DNA of 63,983 bases, the filler included, from Stramenopiles sp. TOSAG23-2 (Eukaryota): assembly GCA_900128395.1 (NCBI GenBank). It is 3 parts of 3 records of this genome, joined end to end, with 100 filler letters (N's around TTAATTAATTAA, not from the genome) between each part and the next. Parts side by side here need not be neighbours in the genome. Positions count along the whole stretch, not along the records: positions 43,502 to 63,983 come from LT649557.1; 2 more parts are not named here. One strand, written 5' to 3'. The notes below the pieces were generated by a model, which was not told the DNA's origin, made no database searches, and saw only the letters and a list, made by a program, of their open reading frames with translations. Position numbers and translations under genes: made by a program. Shown here piece after piece: positions 58,477-63,983 of the stretch (the first letter of the stretch is position 1; each line of letters starts with the position of its first letter).

Positions 58477-60720
58477 TCAACCAGTATACAAATGTGCCAT
58501 TCCAATGGAATCTTTTGTATAAATAACTCCATGTCCCCACATATCTGGGACGTAAATAATATCCCCAGGTTGTTGCCTACATTGCAATGGATAAACCCCA
58601 CGCTGATTTAGAAGGGGTAAATCCTCACGAAACCAATCATGTACATGCTTTGTACTGTAAAATGCAACTGACGGTGGAAACAACAGCCACAATTTTTCTC
58701 CAAAAACTAATAAATTCAATGCGCTGTTATGAAAATGTGGAGATGCTCCTGTTTTTGCTGGTGCAATCATAAACTGATAGTTGTTAAAAGAAAACAATCC
58801 TTTACTATTCTTTTCTAGCATGTAATTATAAAAATCAAACTTTTTAAAGTCTTCATCATATATTGATTTAGCTTGATCATCAATTTTCGTATCAACAAGC
58901 CATACAGGCAATTCATCATCTTCTGTACCTTCTTCTTGATAATAATACAAATCTTTCTCATCGTCATCATTATTATTATCATCATTATCAATATTATTCA
59001 TATAGTCTAAATATTCACCCATTTTCATCTTAAATGATTTTGGAGAAGTTGTTTTCGTACGTGCATAAACACTAAAGGATACATCCCCATATTCGTTCTT
59101 CAAATTGTCCCTAGTCCATTTATTAAACGCTGGCCAATTTATCACATCGTCTAATTTACGAAGCAAAACAGGCTTTTGTTCTTTAAAATAGTTTGGAAAA
59201 AGTGTTTTATTCTCATCTGTAAGTATATCTAAGTCGCAATGTTGCTCTGGTAAATTTTTCACACTAAGTTGCGAATTTGAACGCCATCCACCAATACGCT
59301 GTTCCGTATCTATTTGTGCATTGCTTAAAACTTCAAACGAAACAGATTCTTTACGGCCAACATGTGATGATGTATTCGTAACATCCGAGTTGCTATTATA
59401 ATGTATAATTTTTCTACGTGGTTTTTTCATTTTCATTTTTTCATCATCATCATTATGTATAATTAATTGTGACTCGATTATAAACTTTTGTACATTTACA
59501 TGTCCACCAATAGCTGCATTTTCAAACACAGTGCGACCATATGTATTTTCCTTCTTCATAGTTTTTTTTAATTTGTTACTGTCATTATCATCATTAAAAT
59601 ACTTAACAAGTAACTTGATCGCATTAAGATTACCATAATATGCAGCCATATGCATTGGTGTATTTAATAGTTTATCAGTCAATGTGTACCTACAACCAGC
59701 TTGTAATAATGGCAACAAAACATTTTCTTCATGCCATTTAAATAAAATATTATCTAATTTTGTACGATTGTATGATGTTGAATTCCAAAGCAGAAGATTA
59801 TCATCATCATCATTATTATAAAGTTTCGCTTTTAAATCAATTAATTCAAATGAATTATGTAATTCGCTGTTTGGAAATTTTTGTAATAAATCAACAGGAA
59901 CAGCAACATTACCATGTTTTGTTAACCATTTCGAGGCACGTATTAATAGCCAGCTTGTATCAAGTGCAATATTTAAAAGAGGACGACCACCTGGATCTCG
60001 AACATGTAATGATGGCATATAATATTTTTTATCAGTAAATAATTTAATCGCTCTTACATTAAAATTTTTCAATGCGAGCAATATTGGTACATCTTGCTTA
60101 TAATTAGCTCTGTCTAAGAGACTTGAATCTTTAAGCCTTGTTAAAATTGCAATTAAGGCCTTTTCATGCCCATTAGAATCTTTAATACGACGTGGTAACT
60201 CCATATTTTTCGGTTTACCATGCATATTTAAAAACAAATAATTCCATCCATCCAATATTGCATGTATCGCATTATTACCTTGATTATCAGTTAAGGATGG
60301 ATTTGCACCATTAGCTAATAAATATTCCACCGTTTTATAGTAACCTGCCCAACATGCTGCATGTAGCATTGTTCCACCCGTTTTTTTATTTGCTTCATTA
60401 ATATCAAACGTGCCTTTAGCATTTTTAAAAATTGCTTTCAAAATTTTATCTTCCCCTCTTAAGGTTGCTGCAAATGCATATGAACCAAAATGCAAAGTAT
60501 CTTTATATCGATGAGCTTTTTTAGCTAATTTTACCGCTTTTGATACTGGCCCAGTTTGCACAGCTAATTGAAAATCTTTTGCAAATTTAACCATCGCATT
60601 ATGACGCTTCGATGCAGATTGTTTTCGTCGTTTTGGTCTACCATCCACATATAATACTAATAATATACACATGAAAAATGTAAGAAGACAAATGTTGCAC
60701 ATTATATTTATTTTTTTCAT
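58477..60720 (-). CDS. Signal-peptide ankyrin-repeat + JmjC protein (JMJD8-like HxH site)
   Basis: Hydrophobic N-terminus; ankyrins GGTMLHAAC..G....VEYLL.NGANP and NTPMHMAAYYG. JmjC motifs KPVLLR, W...WT, QFMIAP..TGASPHFH, G.KLW.LFPP and QQPGDIIYVP..WGHGV. Confidence 0.88.
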   Translation of the reverse strand: MKKINIMCNICLLTFFMCILLVLYVDGRPKRRKQSASKRHNAMVKFAKDFQLAVQTGPVSKAVKLAKKAHRYKDTLHFGSYAFAATLRGEDKILKAIFKNAKGTFDINEANKKTGGTMLHAACWAGYYKTVEYLLANGANPSLTDNQGNNAIHAILDGWNYLFLNMHGKPKNMELPRRIKDSNGHEKALIAILTRLKDSSLLDRANYKQDVPILLALKNFNVRAIKLFTDKKYYMPSLHVRDPGGRPLLNIALDTSWLLIRASKWLTKHGNVAVPVDLLQKFPNSELHNSFELIDLKAKLYNNDDDDNLLLWNSTSYNRTKLDNILFKWHEENVLLPLLQAGCRYTLTDKLLNTPMHMAAYYGNLNAIKLLVKYFNDDNDSNKLKKTMKKENTYGRTVFENAAIGGHVNVQKFIIESQLIIHNDDDEKMKMKKPRRKIIHYNSNSDVTNTSSHVGRKESVSFEVLSNAQIDTEQRIGGWRSNSQLSVKNLPEQHCDLDILTDENKTLFPNYFKEQKPVLLRKLDDVINWPAFNKWTRDNLKNEYGDVSFSVYARTKTTSPKSFKMKMGEYLDYMNNIDNDDNNNDDDEKDLYYYQEEGTEDDELPVWLVDTKIDDQAKSIYDEDFKKFDFYNYMLEKNSKGLFSFNNYQFMIAPAKTGASPHFHNSALNLLVFGEKLWLLFPPSVAFYSTKHVHDWFREDLPLLNQRGVYPLQCRQQPGDIIYVPDMWGHGVIYTKDSIGMAHLYTG

Positions 60721-61036
60721 TTGTATATTTTATTATAATTATAATTATATAAATGAATAGATAATTTTTATGTATATATATATATATATATATATACTTC
60801 CAGAGGGGAGAAAAGGATAGCAAGTATTATGTTTTGAAAAATAAAGATTTGGTTTGAATTGATTACTGTGATATATCGTATCGTTTGATACACACATAAA
60901 GTCTAAATATCACACATATATGTTCTGTAGAATATTATTATTTATATTTATAAATTTATAGTTTGTAGTACTACATACAGATAATAATAATAATAATATC
61001 TGTAATAAACAAAATACTATTAATACTATAATATTT

Positions 61037-62331
61037 TTAAAACTCATCTACATCAATACGTTTACCAACATTACTACCATCCGTTCTTAATTTAAAATCT
61101 TTATATTTTTCATCACTTAAATCACAATACCATGCATCTTTGATGGTAACCCTTGCATTCATAGTATCATTGCTTTCTTTATATTTTCGTAAACTTGAAC
61201 CTTTCATGAAATTACGTATTCGTATAAATAAAAAAATTTGTGTTCCAATATATGTTGTAACAATAATAATCATAAACCATGTATCTAAAAGCATCGCTAA
61301 ATTTTCATTACCAGATTTAAAAACACGATTCGTTATAAAATGTGATACAATAATTAAACCCATTACTAATAATGCGCATATTAAAGAATAATCTATATTA
61401 TTTAAATATGGCGTCGGTGGTAATCGTTCCATAACAGTCCATTGTATAGCAAAACTTGTTAAAAACATACCTAAAAATCGATGTTAAAATACATATAAAA
61501 ATGATGATGTTAAAAAAATAATGTTAAAAAAAAAAAAAGTTAAAATAACTTACCTATGACTATTTCAATTCTACCTAAAAATTCTTCCGGCGAAGCATTG
61601 AATGTTAAACAACTTACAAGAACAATTGCCATAGTTGGAAATTGTGCTTTCCATTTATAAAATGTTGGATCTCTACTAATTTGCATAGAAAATATAATAT
61701 CATTATAAACATCACCTGAATAAGGAGATGAATGTGAAGCAAGTGCATAACTACATGCATCTACACGAAATTCACCAGATTTATTCAGTGGTGTAAATAC
61801 AACATCACATCTTTTTCCATTTTTTAATTTATAATCATATACAACATCAATATCTTTCGCTGTTTCCAGCCTTTTTTCTCCTGAAAAGCAAAAAAAAGTA
61901 TCTAATCGTATGGAGTCAAATGGAAAATTTTGCAATCGATAAAAATCTTCATCTAAATTTTGTTCCAACCTTTGTAATGGTAATATATATTGTAAAATGC
62001 AATTATTTTCTTTACGATCAAATATAGTTGGTGGTTCTACGTTATCTTTATATGCTTTAAATGGTTTCATCATTAATTCAGGTCTCCATATATTTTCAGG
62101 TAAATCTTTTTGATTTGGCCAATCTTTTACACGAATGTCTTTCCAATATAATTTTATCATAAAATCCAATTTTAACGTTTCATGTCCACTATCACGTTCT
62201 ACACTCCAATTGTTTACACAAAAAGTAGCATGTAAAACTAACTTTTCATTGATATCACTTCCAGGTCTTGTTGAAAAATCAATAATTTTTGTTTCTGCCA
62301 TTTGTTGTTGTTCATTTACTACAACTTGCAT
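61037..62331 (-). CDS. Cys-less pentameric ligand-gated ion channel (Pro-loop, GLIC/ELIC-like); join(62331..61554,61470..61037), 403 aa
   Basis: DF...L.W.D, IWRPEL, Pro-loop FPFD, R.P.FY...FP (M1), M2 RI.I..GMFLT..A, LP.TPYL..ID (M2-M3) and M4. An 83-nt GTAAGT...TAG intron joins the two ORFs in frame. Confidence 0.88.
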
Positions 62332-62554
62332 TGTTCTTGTTGATTTTCGTTGTATATATGTATATATATATATATTAAAAATTATTTCTTTGTAGAATTA
62401 CTATTCAATATAATTCCTTGATGAGTTTCTTTCGTAGTATTATATAAAAAGAATTGAACATTCCATATTTTTATACGTACCCTTTGTCTCTGATATATTT
62501 TATATTTACGAAGAAGATTTTCTCTATTAAATAATATTAGAAATATATAGTTAG

Positions 62555-63576
62555 GGCCGAAAATCGAAAATCGAAAATCGAAAGGAGTGAAAAAGAGAGA
62601 GCAAAATTGTTGACCATAATAATACACTGTTATTATAAACATACTATTAGATACGGAAAGTCCGACCACTAAAAGGAACCGCCTGAGTGGGATACTAGTA
62701 CTACCGACATCGAAGGAGCAAGAAATAGCAAGAAAAGATTTTCCTTCCATGTGAGTGAGCGTCACGGAACGCTACTCAAAATACTGCACGCATTAAATGT
62801 ACGCAGCACGAACAGAAAACAAAATAAAAAATAACCCTTAAAATAAAAAATCCTTCCAAGAAAGGGAAAACCTTAAAAGCGTCTTAAATACAAACATATC
62901 GAGTGAAAAGAAGCATCTTTTAAGGAAAACACAGCGTTATAGCTATATCGACGCAACCAAAGAAGGTTGATAGTGTCTCGATAAAAAATTGTAAGTTTTA
63001 CAAAGATCTGGCCCATTTTCGTAAAAAGAACCAATAACCCAAAAACCACACTAAAAATTGTACACTTAAAAATAATAAATAAGAAGGGAAATGTGCACAG
63101 CGCAGCTTAGCAAAATTAAGGAACAAACACAAAAAGATAGCACCACATAATCCATTATCAGGAACTAAGATTATAATAAATTCCTCCCAATAAAATTTAA
63201 GGGTAATATAATTACTATCATAAAATGATAGGGGTAATTATAAATAAATAATACTATTTAAGTACTAAATAAATTAACTAAGGAGTTAACACCTAAATAG
63301 CACTGATCACGCAAAAACAAATAATCAATTAGTATATATGCTGAAAAATTTACAAATTTGCAACCCGTAAATCCAATAAGCAATATAACTAACCAGCATT
63401 AAATTATAATACTTAGGTAAGATAAAACCTCTAACTCTAATTTCCAATTTCTATGCCCTGTTGAGTAAAAAATGGAATGTTAGAGGCCGAAAATCGAAAA
63501 TCGAAAATCGAAAGGAGTGAAAAAGAGAGAGCAAAATTGTTGACCATAATAATGCACTGTTATTATAAACATACTA
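62555..63576. repeat. 92-bp direct repeats (62555-62646, 63485-63576) bracketing ~840 bp of non-coding A-rich DNA
   Basis: GGCC(GAAAATC)3GAAAGGAGTG...AAACATACTA occurs twice with one mismatch, period 930. Confidence 0.85.
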
Positions 63577-63983
63577 CTACTACCATACTATACGTATATG
63601 ATATAAAAAAAATTAAAAATATATCATAGACTACTGGTTGTTGGATTTATTATTTTAATTTTATACGAACTTCGTATGATGCTGCACATATTAAAAATAA
63701 AAAAAAATAAAAAAATATGATTATGATATCATAGTAGAGTCTATTAAAAGTGGTACGAGTAATATTTTATATATTTTAACCACATATTAATACGTATAAG
63801 ATACAAATTTGAGCGCTCGTACGAGTATCATAAATTAAAAAAATATACGAGTACGAGAAAGCGTTAATTAAAAAAAATGTTTTTTGTCACGATAGTTTTT
63901 TTATAGGACGCAAGAAGAAATCTATTTTACTCGTATTTTAAACACTCTCTCCCTGTTTCCTATTTCTCCCTCTTGTATTAAAA

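Overview
AT-rich genomic DNA from a unicellular eukaryote. The gene set suggests a stramenopile-like protist, but that is inference. It uses the standard genetic code, has sparse GT-AG introns and encodes Asn-rich low-complexity proteins. The window is three unrelated contigs (1-21659, 21760-43401, 43502-63983) joined by artificial N44-TTAATTAATTAA-N44 linkers, so there is no synteny across the gaps. About 23 protein genes are present: MFS/GPH transporter, Ycf45/SpoIIIAA-like AAA ATPase, CAP-Gly-WD40 protein, PNPOx-like protein, two signal-peptide JmjC oxygenases, PPCS fused to a YdcF/DUF218-like domain, coiled-coil half-RING protein, Cdc14, bacterial-type Fe-S L-serine dehydratase, TBC Rab-GAP, CHY finger, TPR protein, ATXR3-like multi-reader SET protein, EF-hand protein, PP1, USP, leishmanolysin-tetraspanin fusion, Cys-rich secreted protein, UIM/HNH-like repeat protein, ANK-RBR E3 ligase, a multipass membrane protein and a Cys-less pentameric ligand-gated channel. 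Five spliced gene models that the ORF track misses were rebuilt by hand. The most notable observations are an M8 metalloprotease fused to a tetraspanin-like module, a UIM plus HNH-like protein with six novel YxGxGRPxxxDY repeats, a non-coding pattern (TACGA clusters and a dispersed TTACTCAT element) at gene 3' ends, and a GC-rich ~95-nt dispersed element with hairpin potential. Several exact duplications and strand-switching patches look like amplification or assembly artefacts.
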